Positions 31,958 to 42,504 of a stretch of DNA of 64,000 nt are shown here, piece after piece; the first letter of the stretch is position 1, and each line of letters starts with the position of its first letter. The notes beneath the pieces are model-generated. The model saw nothing but the letters and a program-made list of their open reading frames with translations. It had not been told where the DNA came from and made no database searches. Source of the DNA: an uncultured Gemmatimonadales bacterium (GTDB lineage Bacteria > Gemmatimonadota > Gemmatimonadetes > Gemmatimonadales > Gemmatimonadaceae); assembly GCA_963850905.1 (NCBI GenBank), contig CAWKMU010000003.1, forward strand, positions 3,168,001 to 3,232,000. Reading direction: 5' to 3'. The position numbers were made by a program, and so were the translations under genes.

Positions 31958-32023
31958 CGGAAACACCCCCGTAGGCCGAGGCCGGCCCGCGGGGGTGTAG
32001 TCGTGGACGCTCTAGCACAACCC
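31958..32023. repeat. Hairpin repeat related to the rrn terminator (copy D)
   Basis: CGGAAACACCCCCGTAGGCCGAGGCCGGCCCGCGGGGGTGTAGTCGT...AGCACAACCC. Confidence 0.7.
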
Positions 32024-32426
32024 CCACTGGTCTTCTTGCACTACGCCCGCCACCGCCACTACGGCACCACCGTCAAGATTTGCGGAGGCGACCTTGGGTA
32101 GGTGAACAGGCCGTTGACGAGGCTGTCCTGCAACAAACCCCCAGCGAAGACGTACTGCGGGTTCCAATTCTTCAGAGGCAACTGCTCATCGAATACCACG
32201 GGGCGTGATTCACGAGGACGCTCGAGCCACCCGTCAGCACCACCCGCCCGCCACCGTTCCCGAACCCCATGTTGCCCGTTTCACCGTCTGACGGACCTCG
32301 GAGTCGCGCCAATCTGGCATCTTCCTATCGCGCCCGTTCCGCCACAGTATCAGCGTCACAGACGTGACACCCCGCCCCCCGCAGGACTCTCCCGCAGCCT
32401 GTTACTCCTCCAAAATCGACTCGGCC

Positions 32427-33716
32427 ATGCGTCGCTTTGCTTCCTGCCTCATTCTGATGCTGGTGTCGACCACTTCGGTCAGCGCCCAACAACACAAACC
32501 GCGCGAGCGCGACCTGGGCCTCGCTGACAAGATCGGTGGCGACCCCGGCCCGCTCGACGCGATCACTGACGTCGCCGGCATCGAGCTGGGCACGCGGACG
32601 CTCATCAGTGGAGAAGGGAAGCTCGTCGTCGGACAAGGACCGGTTCGCACTGGCGTCACTATGATCTTCCCGCGCGGGCGCAACAACATCGACCCGGTCT
32701 TCGCCAACTGGTACTCCTATAACGGCAACGGCGAGATGACCGGCACCACCTGGATCCAGGAAGGCGGGTTCCTCGAAGGACCGATCGGCATCACCAACAC
32801 GCACAGCGTCGGCGTCGTGCGTGACGCCATCATTCGATGGGAGACGCGACCCGGCCACCAAATGTTCCAGCCCTGGCAGCTCCCGGTCGCCGCCGAGACG
32901 TATGACGGTGGCATGAACGACATCAATGGCTTCCACGTCACCTACGAGACCGTCTACCAGGCGATCGATAGCACGCGCGGCGGCGTGCCGCTCGAGGGCA
33001 ACGTCGGCGGCGGCACCGGGATGACCTGCTTCGGCTTCAAGGGCAGCACCGGCACCGCGTCTCGCAAACTGCCCGCAAACCAGGGCGGCTACACTGTTGG
33101 CGTTCTGGTCCAGTGCAACACCGGCGCGCGGCGCGAGCTCCGGATCGGGGGCGTGCCAGTTGGCCGCGAGCTCGCCGACACCCTGCTCCCGTGCACCGCC
33201 ACGCGCGACACGACGGTCCACCCGCGCTTCGGGCATCGCTGTCCGGGCTTCGAGGTCCCCGGTGAAACGGCACTGTTGCTCCCGTTTGGCGGCTCACGCG
33301 AAGCCGGCATCATGGAAGAGGGGCAGGGCTCCATGATCATCGTGGTCGCGACCGATGCGCCACTCCTCCCGCACCAGATCGAGCGCATGCTCAAGCGGCT
33401 GCCCGGCGGCATGGGACGCGAAGGCACCATCGCCGGCAATGGTGATGGCGACATTTTCATCGGCTTCTCCACCGCCAACCCCGGCGCCGCGACCGACACG
33501 GCGCCGACCGCCCGATTCGTCGCCAACTCCCGCATCGCCCCGCTCTTCATTGCGACGGCCCAGGCCATCGAGGCTGCCATCACCAATGGCCTGCTCAATG
33601 GTGCGGAGATGACCGGCACGGACTATCGCCGGATGTACGCGCTGCCAGTCAGTCGTCTGTCGGCAATCTTCACGAAATACGGACAGCCACTGAGCCCGGG
33701 CGCGCCCTCTCGATAG
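32427..33716 (+). CDS. DmpA / P1 (S58) family aminopeptidase, secreted
   Basis: Signal peptide; DAITDVAG, VRTGVT, NGNGEMTG, PVAAETYDG, EGNVGGGTGM, autoprocessing G-S in QGSMIIVVATDAPL. Confidence 0.9.
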   Translation: MRRFASCLILMLVSTTSVSAQQHKPRERDLGLADKIGGDPGPLDAITDVAGIELGTRTLISGEGKLVVGQGPVRTGVTMIFPRGRNNIDPVFANWYSYNGNGEMTGTTWIQEGGFLEGPIGITNTHSVGVVRDAIIRWETRPGHQMFQPWQLPVAAETYDGGMNDINGFHVTYETVYQAIDSTRGGVPLEGNVGGGTGMTCFGFKGSTGTASRKLPANQGGYTVGVLVQCNTGARRELRIGGVPVGRELADTLLPCTATRDTTVHPRFGHRCPGFEVPGETALLLPFGGSREAGIMEEGQGSMIIVVATDAPLLPHQIERMLKRLPGGMGREGTIAGNGDGDIFIGFSTANPGAATDTAPTARFVANSRIAPLFIATAQAIEAAITNGLLNGAEMTGTDYRRMYALPVSRLSAIFTKYGQPLSPGAPSR

Positions 33717-33722
33717 GGCGCC

Positions 33723-36402
33723 TTACTTCCCCGCGAGCAGCGCCTGGAACCTCGGGTTGTTCATGAGCGGTGCGAACGAAGGATCGATCTTGAGCACCGC
33801 GGGCGTGAGCCAGTACGGGGTGCGCATGAGCCGGGCGAGCGCATCGACCGCCTTGTCCGGCTCGCCGGCCAGCACATAGGTCCTCGCCAGCAGGTGCACG
33901 TAGTACGGGCCCGAGTACCCATCCTGCGCGATCGATACCATTGCGACCGCGTGCTCCCCCTCCCGCACAGCGTCGACCTTCCGCCCCAGGTACCCGAGCA
34001 CGACTCCAAGCTCCGCGTACGACTGCGCGTCGTTGGGCGCTGCCCGCAACGCCGCCTCGAAAGCCTGGCGCGCAGAGTCCGCGTACGCGTGCGCCCGCAC
34101 CTGATCGCCACGCACTGTGTAGGTCTGCGCGCGGATGAATGCCCACGGCGCCCGATCGCCAACGTCTGCCACCGGTAGCGTCAGCAGGTAGCGCTGCTGC
34201 GCATCGTCGAGCACCCAGGAGAGGTCCCAGTAGTTCCCCAGCTGCACGGCGAGCGCCGCCGAGTCGACGGTCGGCCACGCGTTGGTCACAACAGCCCGCG
34301 CGCCAGCCAGATCGCCCTGCACCAGCGGCACCTTCGCCCTCGCCTCGATCAACGCCACGTTGGTCGGTGCAATTGCGAGCCCACGGTCTGCGGCCGCCGT
34401 CGCCTCGGGGAACCGGTGCAGCCAGAGATAGGCCGTCGACAGACGGCGCACGGTCAGCACGTTCCTCGGATCGAGCGACTGTGCCTGCTGCAAGTGCGCC
34501 AGCGCGGCATCCCAGCGCCCCGCGCTTTGCTCGGCCAACGCCGCCGCCGTCAGCAGGTCGGCGTCTGATGGCGCAACGGCAAGCCCAGCGGTGAACTCCG
34601 TAAGCGCGCGAGTGATGTCGCCACGGATGTACGCGTCGTAGGCGCCGGCGGCCAAATAGGTGTCCGGGTGTCGAGGAGCGAGCGCCCGTGCTCGTTCAAC
34701 ACCTTTGCGAGCGAGGGCCTCCCGCTCGGGCGTCGTGCTGCCATCAAAAACGGCGGCGGCCTCGACCTGCGCCAGCTTCGCCCAGGCGGGCGCGAATCCG
34801 GAATCCAGCGCGACCGCCTGCTCATAGAACTGTGCCGCCGCATCCAGGCGCCCGACATGGGTCGTTCCCAAAGCCTCCAGGGCTTCGCCCTTGAGGAACA
34901 AGTCGTACGCCTCGGGATTGGCAGTCGGACGCTCGGCCAGCGTCTGTCGCGCCCCTGCATTCAGCGCGACGCCAAGGGCTTGCACCACTCGATCCGCGAT
35001 ATCGCCCTGAACCGCGAACACGTCCTTGAACGGCGCATCGAATGGCTGCTGCCACGCGTCGGTGCCGGTCGAGACGTCGACGAGCGAGGGATTGACCTGC
35101 ACGCGACTGGCTCCGCCCGATGCCTTCGCCCAACGCACCGTCCCCACGAGCAGGTAGCGCACACCACCCAACTCATCGGCGATCTGGTGCGGCGTCTTGT
35201 CAGTGTGCCGGTATTGGCTCGAGCTGCCCGACGCCACGACCGCGAGCCCTGGCACCGTGGTCAGTTTTCCGCGTACCGCTTCCGTCAGGCCGTCCGCAAA
35301 GTACGCGTCACTCGTATCGCCAATGTTCTCGAACGGGAGCACCGCGACACGGAGCGGTCGCCGTCGAAGACGCTGCCAGCCTGTGGGAGCGCCATGCGAA
35401 GAGCACGCCTACCCCGATCACGAACCCCAGCCCCAGCAACGCCACGCCGGCAGGGAAGGGACGCCGTGACCCGGCCACAGGCAGCGGCATCGCAGGCGGG
35501 CGTGACTCCGCGCTCACGGCGCTCTGCGTGACCGCTCCCGTCGCACCCGAACGCTCGGCCGCTTCGAGCGCCTGGGCGAACAGCACGGGGGTTGCGAACC
35601 GGTCTGCGGGGACGGGTGACAGCGCCTTCTGGATTGCCGCGTCGATTCCGGGCGGCGCAGCGGGTCGCGTCCGCCGTACTGATGGAGTGTCACCCGACAA
35701 CACCTTCGCAAGAATCGCCTGGGACGTTGCGCCGGTGAACGGCGGCTCGCCCACCAGCATCTCGAAGCACACCGCCGCCAGCCCGTACACATCCGTCCGC
35801 GCATCGATGTGGCTGTCACCACTCGCCTGCTCTGGACTCATGTAGGTCGGAGTCCCGATGGCGATCCCGGTCCCCGTGATCGGATGCTCGCCCGTGTGGT
35901 TCCTGAGCGTACGCGCGATGCCGAAGTCCGCGACCAGCGCCTGGCCGTCGGCCGTCAGGAGGATGTTCTCGGGTTTGACGTCGCGGTGGATCACGCCGTG
36001 CCGGTGCGCATAGTCGAGCGCCTGCGCGACTTCCCTCGTGATGCGGACCGCGTCCTCGGACGACAGCTGCCGCTCTCGCCGGAGCCGATTCCGCAAGCTC
36101 TCGCCTTCGACGAACGGCATCGTGAACCACAGCAGGCCGTCTGCCGTTTCGCCCGAATCGAGGACGGTCAGGATGTGCGGGTGCTGGAGCTTCGCCGCGA
36201 ACGTGATCTCGCGCCGGAAACGCTCCGGCCCAAGCGTTTCCGCGAGCTCCAGGTGCAGCACCTTGAGCGCGACCGGGCGCCGATGCTTCAGGTCTTCGGC
36301 CAGGTACACGGTCGCCATGCCGCCCCGACCAATCTCGCGACCGATCGTGTACTGGGCGGCCAGTGCGGCCTGTAACCGCGCCAGCAGTTCGGCTTGGGTC
36401 AC
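33723..36402 (-). CDS. Ser/Thr kinase-TolB-TPR protein split by a +1 frameshift near 35365 (assembly error or recent pseudogene)
   Basis: ORFs 35308-36402 and 33723-35342 together are colinear with the intact paralog 38132-40810; RPLRVAVLPF lies in the shifted frame. Confidence 0.85.
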
Positions 36403-36419
36403 GACGGCAGCGAGCTCAT
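36399..36419 (-). CDS. Putative uORF MSSLPS coupled to the kinase GTG
   Basis: ATG AGC TCG CTG CCG TCG TGA; TGA overlaps GTG 36402; TATCTT 15 nt upstream; same peptide at 40807-40827. Confidence 0.45.
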   Translation of the reverse strand: MSSLPS

Positions 36420-36456
36420 GTCAGAGCGCTCAACAAGATACCTGCCAATTTAGAGG

Positions 36457-36561
36457 GTTGGACGTTAGACGTTGGACGTTGGAGACAACCTCGAGGGGCG
36501 GTCAGCTGCAGCGCGGCCCCGTTTGAGCTTTGTCTCCAACGTCCAACGTCGAACGTCCAGC
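36457..36561. repeat. Heptamer-arm hairpin element (GTTGGAC)n...(GTCCAAC)n
   Basis: gttggac gttagac gttggac gttggag ac ... gt ctccaac gtccaac gtcgaac gtccagc. Confidence 0.8.
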
Positions 36562-36573
36562 GCCGAGTCCCAG

Positions 36574-38112
36574 CTACATCGCGTGCGCCGCCGCCCGCGC
36601 GCCATCCAGCAACCGCTGACGCGCCGCGCTGTCGATGAGTTGGCCGCGCAGCACGACCGCCGAGATGCGCTGTGTGTTGTGGATGTCGGCGAGCGGGTCG
36701 GCGTCGAGTAGCACCATGTCGGCGACCTTGCCGCGCTCGAGGGTGCCAAGCGAATCGGTCGCGCCGAGGAAGCGCGCCGGCTCGACGGTCGCCGCCTGCA
36801 ACGCCTCCATCGGCGTCAGCCCGGACTCCACGAAGTTTGCCAGCTCGTCGTGCAAGCTGAATCCCCAGTACACCCACGGGTTGCTGACGTCGGTCCCAAC
36901 GAGCAGGCCAACGCCGGCACGGTGCATCGCGCCCACGATCTGCTCGTGACGGGCGAAGAACGCCTTGGCGACGGCAACGTCCCCCGGCCGAAATAGCATC
37001 TGCCGCTGTCTGACCAACGCTTGCCACCACGCGGTATCGGCGGCCGCCATATAGGCGCGTCGCGGGTCATGCGTGAACGCGCTGTCGAGCGCGTAATAGG
37101 TGCCGCGGAGCACCGTCAGGGTGGGTACCTGCCAGGTGTGATCGCGGACGAAGCGCTGGAACAGCGGCGCGCACACACCGAGTGAGAACGTCGTATTCAA
37201 CAGGGTCGTCCGCTTGAGGATCTGCGCGCGCATCGCCGCCGGCGACGGCATCGCACCTGGATTCACCTGCCGGCTCGCCGACTCCACTTCCGCCGGCCGA
37301 CTGGAGCACGCCTCCGCCATTTTGATGAGGTGCTCCATGCTGACTTGGCCGGCGTCGGCGGCATCGGCGAGCGAGACCGCGATTGGCACGTGCCCCGCGA
37401 AAGGAATGCCGCGCCGCTTGGTCTCATCCGCGATCGCGAGGTACTCGTCGCGTGATAGTCCGTCGTACACCTTGATGAACGCCGCACCCCGCTCCTGCTC
37501 CTTGCGCACCATCGCTCGCGCTTCGGCCGTGTCGTGGATCGGGATCGCCCCGTCCCACCGGGGATGGGGTCCGTCGAACATGTCGCTCCCCACCACCATG
37601 CGGGGCCCGACCTGCGTGCCTGCCGCAATGTCGCGTTCCCACTTGTGGATCAGATCGATCGTCGGGCTGTGCTCGGGATTGTACGCGGTGTCGTTGTCGG
37701 CACACTTCCCGAAGCAGTCGCCCGCCATGTCGCGCACACCGACCACGCCATTGGCGACCTCGAGGGGCAGCACGATCGTCCGCTCGTACCGATCCCACGT
37801 CGAGTGCATATGCATGTCCCACAGCCCGGGAATGAGGAACTTCCCGGTGCCGTCGACCACCGTCGATCCGCTGGGCGGTGAGATGGAATCGCTCGGGCCG
37901 ACCGCCGTGATGCGGCCGCCGGTGGCCACCACGGTCATGTTGGATTTCGCCGCCGCGCCGGTCATGTCGATGACCGTCACATGGGTAACTGCCACGGGTC
38001 GAGCGGAGCCATCTGGAGGCGTGCGGTCCGCCACCTGACCGCCGCTGCATGCGGTCGCGGCAAACACCACCCACGTTGTCCGGACGAGCTGCCTTCGGCA
38101 TCGAGTTTTCAC
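36574..38112 (-). CDS. Amidohydrolase family (lipo)protein
   Basis: GGAGG SD then GTG 38112; lipobox-like AATAC; IPGLWDMHMH, FIKVY, FAGHVP, SMEH, VGTD, ADMVLLDADPL. Confidence 0.88.
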   Translation of the reverse strand: MKTRCRRQLVRTTWVVFAATACSGGQVADRTPPDGSARPVAVTHVTVIDMTGAAAKSNMTVVATGGRITAVGPSDSISPPSGSTVVDGTGKFLIPGLWDMHMHSTWDRYERTIVLPLEVANGVVGVRDMAGDCFGKCADNDTAYNPEHSPTIDLIHKWERDIAAGTQVGPRMVVGSDMFDGPHPRWDGAIPIHDTAEARAMVRKEQERGAAFIKVYDGLSRDEYLAIADETKRRGIPFAGHVPIAVSLADAADAGQVSMEHLIKMAEACSSRPAEVESASRQVNPGAMPSPAAMRAQILKRTTLLNTTFSLGVCAPLFQRFVRDHTWQVPTLTVLRGTYYALDSAFTHDPRRAYMAAADTAWWQALVRQRQMLFRPGDVAVAKAFFARHEQIVGAMHRAGVGLLVGTDVSNPWVYWGFSLHDELANFVESGLTPMEALQAATVEPARFLGATDSLGTLERGKVADMVLLDADPLADIHNTQRISAVVLRGQLIDSAARQRLLDGARAAAHAM

Positions 38113-38131
38113 GAGTGCTGCCTCCGCGGCC

Positions 38132-40810
38132 TTAGTTCGCTGCGAGGAGCGCTTGGAACTTCGGGTTGTTGCGCAACGGGGCAAACGAGGGATCGATCTT
38201 GAGCAGCGCCGGCGTGACCCAATAGGGCGTGTGCATCACCCGCGCGAGCGCATCGATCGCCTTGTCCGGCTCGCCGACGAGTACGTAGGTGCGGGCAAGC
38301 AGATGCTCGTAATACGGGCCCGAGTAGCCATCCTGCGCGATCGGCACCATCGCGACCGCGTGTTCACCCTCGCGCAACGCGTCGGTTTTCCGCCCTACCA
38401 TGGCCAGTGCGATCGCCATTTCCGCATGCGACTGCGCGTCCTCCGGGGTAGCCCGCAACACGACTTCGAACGCCTCACGCGCGGAGTCCGCATAGGCGCG
38501 CATTCGCAGCTGATCGCCGCGAACAGCATACGTCTCGGCCCGAACCATCGCCCATGGCGCCCGGTCGCCGAATGCCGCCACCGGCAGTGACAGGAGGAAT
38601 CGCTGCTGCGTGTCGTCGAGCACCCAGTATAGATCCCAAAAGTTCGACATCTGCACCGCGAGCCCAGCAGAATCAGCGACCGGCCACGCATTCGCGACGA
38701 TTGCACGCGCACCGGCCAGATCGCCCTCTGCAACGGGCACCATCGCTTTCGCCTCGATCAGTGCCACGTTTGTCGGCGAAAGGGTGAGCCCTCGATCTGC
38801 CGCCGTTGTGGCTTCACTGAACCGGTGCAGCCACAGATACGTCGTCGACAACCGTCGTGCCGTAAGGACGTTTCGCGGATCCAAGGACTGCGCGTGTTGC
38901 AAGTGCACAAGTGCTGAGTCCCATCGACCAAGGCTCTGCTCCGTCACGGCTGCCATAGTCAGGAGATCGGCGTTCGAAGGCGCTCTCTCGATCCCCGCGC
39001 TGAGCTCCGCGAGCGCGCGAGTGTTGTCGTTGCGGATGAAACCATCGTAAGCGCCCTCTGCCAGATACGTCTCGGCCCGTCTCGGCGCCAGCGCTCGCGC
39101 GCGCTCCGTGGCCTGGCGAGCGAGGGCCGCTCGTTCGGGCGTCGTGCTGCCATCAAAAAACGCCGCTGCCTCGACCTGAGCGAGCTTCGCCCACGCCGGC
39201 GCGAACCCGGAGTCGAGCGCGATGGCCCCCTCATAGAACTGCGCGGCGCGATCGAGGGACCCGATATTCGTCGATCCCAACGCTTGCATGGCCTCGCCTT
39301 TCAGAAACGTGTCATAGGCCTGAAGGTTCGTCGTTGGCCGCTCCGCCAAGGTCTGCTGCGCCCCGGCGTTGAGGGCAACTCCCAGCGCCTGGACCACGCG
39401 TCCGGCAATGTCGCCTTGAACTGCGAACACATCTTTGAACGGCGCGTCGAACGGCTGCTGCCATGCGTCTGTTCCGGTGGTCACGTCGATCAGCGACGGA
39501 CTCACCTGCACGCGACTTTCGCCGCCCGGCACCTTCGCCCACCGCACCTTGCCCACGAGGAGATAGCGTACCCCGCCCAACTCCTCTCCGATCTGCTGCG
39601 GCGTCTTGTCCGTATGCTTGTATTGGCTCGAGCTGCCCGACGCGACAACGGCGAGCCCTGGAACGGTGGTCAACTTGCCGCGCACGGCATCGGTCAAGCC
39701 GTCGGCGAAATACGCGTCGCTCGAGTCCCCAATGTTCTCGAACGGCAGAACCGCAACCCGCACTGGACCCTCAGGCGCCGTTGCCGTGTTGTGCGATCGC
39801 CAGGCGAACAGCACACCCACGCCAATCACGAAACCGAGCCCCAAGAGCGCAGCCCCCGCCGGCATGCGCCGCCGCCCGCTCGTGCCTCCCGTTCCCTGCG
39901 ACACCGGAGTTGATTGCGACGGTGCGGTGGGATGCGCTATCGCGCCGGTCGGGGCCGATCGCTCAGCCGCCTCGAGAGCCTGGGAGAACTGCACAGGCGT
40001 CGCGAATCGGTCGGCGGGCACCGGCGACAGCGCCTTCTGAATGGCGGCGTCAACGCTAACCGGCGTCGCCGGTCTCGTCCGCCGAATCGACGGCACCTCG
40101 CCGGACAACACTTTCGCCAGGATCGCCTGTGACGTCGCCCCGGTAAACGGCGGCTCGCCGACCAGCATCTCGTAACACACGGCACCAAGCCCGTAGACAT
40201 CGGTGCGCGCATCCACGTGACTGTCGCCGCTCGCCTGTTCGGGACTCATGTACGTGGGTGTCCCGACGGCAATGCCGCTCCCCGTGAGGGGATGCTCGTC
40301 GGTGTGTCCCTTCAGGGCCCGCGCGATGCCGAAGTCCGCCACCAGCGCCTGCCCATCAGCAGTAAGCAGAATGTTCTCTGGCTTGACGTCCCGATGGATC
40401 ACGCCGTGTCGGTGCGCGTAGTCCAGCGCCTGCGCGACCTCTCGCGTGATTCGAATGGCATCCTCGGACGACAGCTGGCGCTCCCGACGCAAGCGCCCGC
40501 GCAGGCTCTCACCCTCGACAAACGGCATCGTGAACCACAGGAGCCCCTCTGCCGCCTCTCCCGAATCCAGGACGGTCAGGATGTGCGGGTGCTGGAGCTG
40601 CGCGGCAAATTCGATCTCCCGGCGAAAGCGCTCGGGGCCCAGTGACTCCGCAAGCTCCGAGTGCAGCACCTTGAGCGCGACCGGACGCCGGTGCTTCAGG
40701 TCCCGGGCCAGATAAACAGTCGCCATACCGCCTCGGCCGATCTCTCGATCGATCGAGTATTGTGAGGCTAGGGCGCCCCGCAATCGGTCGAGCAGTGCGG
40801 CTTGGGTCAC
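38132..40810 (-). CDS. Ser/Thr kinase + TM + TolB-like + TPR protein (start GTG 40810, not 41191)
   Basis: HRDVKPEN, ADFG, YMSPEQ; VAVLPFENIGD; TPR-like repeats; N-terminus aligns with the paralog start at 36402. Confidence 0.92.
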   Translation of the reverse strand: MTQAALLDRLRGALASQYSIDREIGRGGMATVYLARDLKHRRPVALKVLHSELAESLGPERFRREIEFAAQLQHPHILTVLDSGEAAEGLLWFTMPFVEGESLRGRLRRERQLSSEDAIRITREVAQALDYAHRHGVIHRDVKPENILLTADGQALVADFGIARALKGHTDEHPLTGSGIAVGTPTYMSPEQASGDSHVDARTDVYGLGAVCYEMLVGEPPFTGATSQAILAKVLSGEVPSIRRTRPATPVSVDAAIQKALSPVPADRFATPVQFSQALEAAERSAPTGAIAHPTAPSQSTPVSQGTGGTSGRRRMPAGAALLGLGFVIGVGVLFAWRSHNTATAPEGPVRVAVLPFENIGDSSDAYFADGLTDAVRGKLTTVPGLAVVASGSSSQYKHTDKTPQQIGEELGGVRYLLVGKVRWAKVPGGESRVQVSPSLIDVTTGTDAWQQPFDAPFKDVFAVQGDIAGRVVQALGVALNAGAQQTLAERPTTNLQAYDTFLKGEAMQALGSTNIGSLDRAAQFYEGAIALDSGFAPAWAKLAQVEAAAFFDGSTTPERAALARQATERARALAPRRAETYLAEGAYDGFIRNDNTRALAELSAGIERAPSNADLLTMAAVTEQSLGRWDSALVHLQHAQSLDPRNVLTARRLSTTYLWLHRFSEATTAADRGLTLSPTNVALIEAKAMVPVAEGDLAGARAIVANAWPVADSAGLAVQMSNFWDLYWVLDDTQQRFLLSLPVAAFGDRAPWAMVRAETYAVRGDQLRMRAYADSAREAFEVVLRATPEDAQSHAEMAIALAMVGRKTDALREGEHAVAMVPIAQDGYSGPYYEHLLARTYVLVGEPDKAIDALARVMHTPYWVTPALLKIDPSFAPLRNNPKFQALLAAN

Positions 40811-40827
40811 GACGGCAGCGAACTCAT
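40807..40827 (-). CDS. Putative uORF MSSLPS coupled to the kinase GTG
   Basis: ATG AGT TCG CTG CCG TCG TGA overlapping GTG 40810; TATCTT at 40848-40843. Confidence 0.45.
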   Translation of the reverse strand: MSSLPS

Positions 40828-41017
40828 GTCTGGACGGTGAAGAAGATACCTGCCGATCAAGAGACTGGTAGACGCGATTTCGCAACGTAGTGCCCGCACC
40901 GGCTGGCAGATGCCGGCCACGGCTCGTCCCGCCGCCTGTCCCCGGTCCGTTTTCCGCCCTTCTCGGGCGAGTTAGCGCCCGCCCTGTCCGCTTCCTTAGT
41001 TTCCGTAACTTCTTCAC

Positions 41018-41047
41018 ATGCTCCCCCGCGCCACATCCATCGCATGA
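41018..41047 (+). CDS. Putative leaderless uORF MLPRATSIA coupled to the M20 peptidase
   Basis: TAACTT 41006-41011, 6 nt, ATG 41018; TGA 41045-41047 overlaps ATG 41044. Confidence 0.5.
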   Translation: MLPRATSIA

Positions 41048-42504
41048 ATCACATGTCTGGTATCGCCAGTTCGTCCCGACGTCGAATAATCCACCTGGCT
41101 CGCAGGGCTGGCGTCGCAGTTCTTGCGCTGGCGCTCTGCGCCGCGCGCGGCCGTGCGCAGGCTGCGCTCTCGCCAGATCAGGCCCTCGCACGCGATATCC
41201 TCCGCGAGCTGATCGGCATCAACACGACGTACAGCGCGGGGAACACGACCGTCGCCGCCCAGGCGCTGGCCAAACGCCTCCTCGATGCTGGCTTTCCCGC
41301 GGCCGACGTCCAGGTCCTGGGCCCGCGGCCCAAGAATCAGAATCTCGTCGCGAGACTGCGGGGGACTGGCGCACAGAAGCCCATCCTCCTCCTCGCGCAC
41401 CTCGACGTCGTCGAGGCGCGGCGCGAGGACTGGTCGCTCGACCCGTTCACGCTGACGGAGCGCGATGGGTTCTTCTACGGACGCGGCACGAGCGACATCA
41501 AAGACGGCGCGGCGATCTGGGTCGCGACGTTGATCCGCCTCAAGCGGGAGGGGTACCGTCCGGACCGTGACATCATCCTGGCGCTCACCGCGGGTGAGGA
41601 ATCGAGCGACGACTACAACGGCGTCCAATGGCTCGTCGAGAACCACCATGACCTGATCGACGCCGAGTATTGCCTCAACGCCGACGCCGGCGATCCCGAG
41701 ATCAAACACGGCAAACTGATCGCACGTACGGTACAGGCGAGCGAGAAGGTCTTCGAGAGTTTCAAGCTCGAGGTCCACAACCCCGGCGGCCACAGCTCGC
41801 TGCCCCGGAAGGACAATGCGATTTACCGGCTCGCGGCTGCGTTGGGCCGCCTGTCCCAATTCCAGTTTCCGATCGACCTCAACGAGGTCACACGGAACTA
41901 CTTCACCCACACAGCCGCGACAGAGACCGGCCAGGTGAGCGCCGACATGCGCGCCGTCGCGGCGAGTACTCCCAACCTGGCGGCCGCCGCGCGCTTGTCC
42001 GCCGTCCCGCTCTACAACGCGCTGCTGCGTACGACCTGCGTGGCGACCATGCTCGAGGGCGGCCATGCCGAGAATGCGCTCCCCCAAATGGCTCGCGCGA
42101 CGGTGAACTGCCGCATCCTGCCAACCGAGTCCGCCGATGAAGTCCAACGCACGCTCGTGCGAGTGATCGCTGACACCGCGGTCGCGCTGACGCCGCTTGC
42201 ACCGGCGAAGCCAAGCCCACCGTCACCACTCACGCCCGCGGTGATGAAACCGATCGAGCAGGTCACGGCATCGCTCTGGCCGGGCGTACCCGTGATTACT
42301 GTGATGGAGACCGGCGCGACCGACGGCCTCTACCTGCGGAACGCCGGGATGCCGACCTACGGCGTGTCCGGCGTCGCGATCGACATCGACGACGTGCGTG
42401 CCCACGGCCGCGACGAGCGGATCAGCGTGAGCGCGTACTACGCCGCGCTGCCCTACATTCACGACCTCGTCGTCGCGCTCACTTCGCCGAAGGTGGCATC
42501 ATGA
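41044..42504 (+). CDS. M20/M25/M40 family metallopeptidase, secreted (copy 1)
   Basis: LLLAHLDVV, YGRGTSDIK, TAGEE, GGHSS, GATDG, HGRDERI. Confidence 0.92.
   Translation: MNHMSGIASSSRRRIIHLARRAGVAVLALALCAARGRAQAALSPDQALARDILRELIGINTTYSAGNTTVAAQALAKRLLDAGFPAADVQVLGPRPKNQNLVARLRGTGAQKPILLLAHLDVVEARREDWSLDPFTLTERDGFFYGRGTSDIKDGAAIWVATLIRLKREGYRPDRDIILALTAGEESSDDYNGVQWLVENHHDLIDAEYCLNADAGDPEIKHGKLIARTVQASEKVFESFKLEVHNPGGHSSLPRKDNAIYRLAAALGRLSQFQFPIDLNEVTRNYFTHTAATETGQVSADMRAVAASTPNLAAAARLSAVPLYNALLRTTCVATMLEGGHAENALPQMARATVNCRILPTESADEVQRTLVRVIADTAVALTPLAPAKPSPPSPLTPAVMKPIEQVTASLWPGVPVITVMETGATDGLYLRNAGMPTYGVSGVAIDIDDVRAHGRDERISVSAYYAALPYIHDLVVALTSPKVAS

Noticed and set aside
35340..35380. Programmed split of a kinase from its TPR domain
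   Set aside because: A single +1 shift matching the error mode, and the paralog is intact
40811..41191. 127-aa N-terminal extension of the kinase in the ORF track
   Set aside because: It overlaps the divergent M20 gene and promoter; the paralog alignment places the start at 40810
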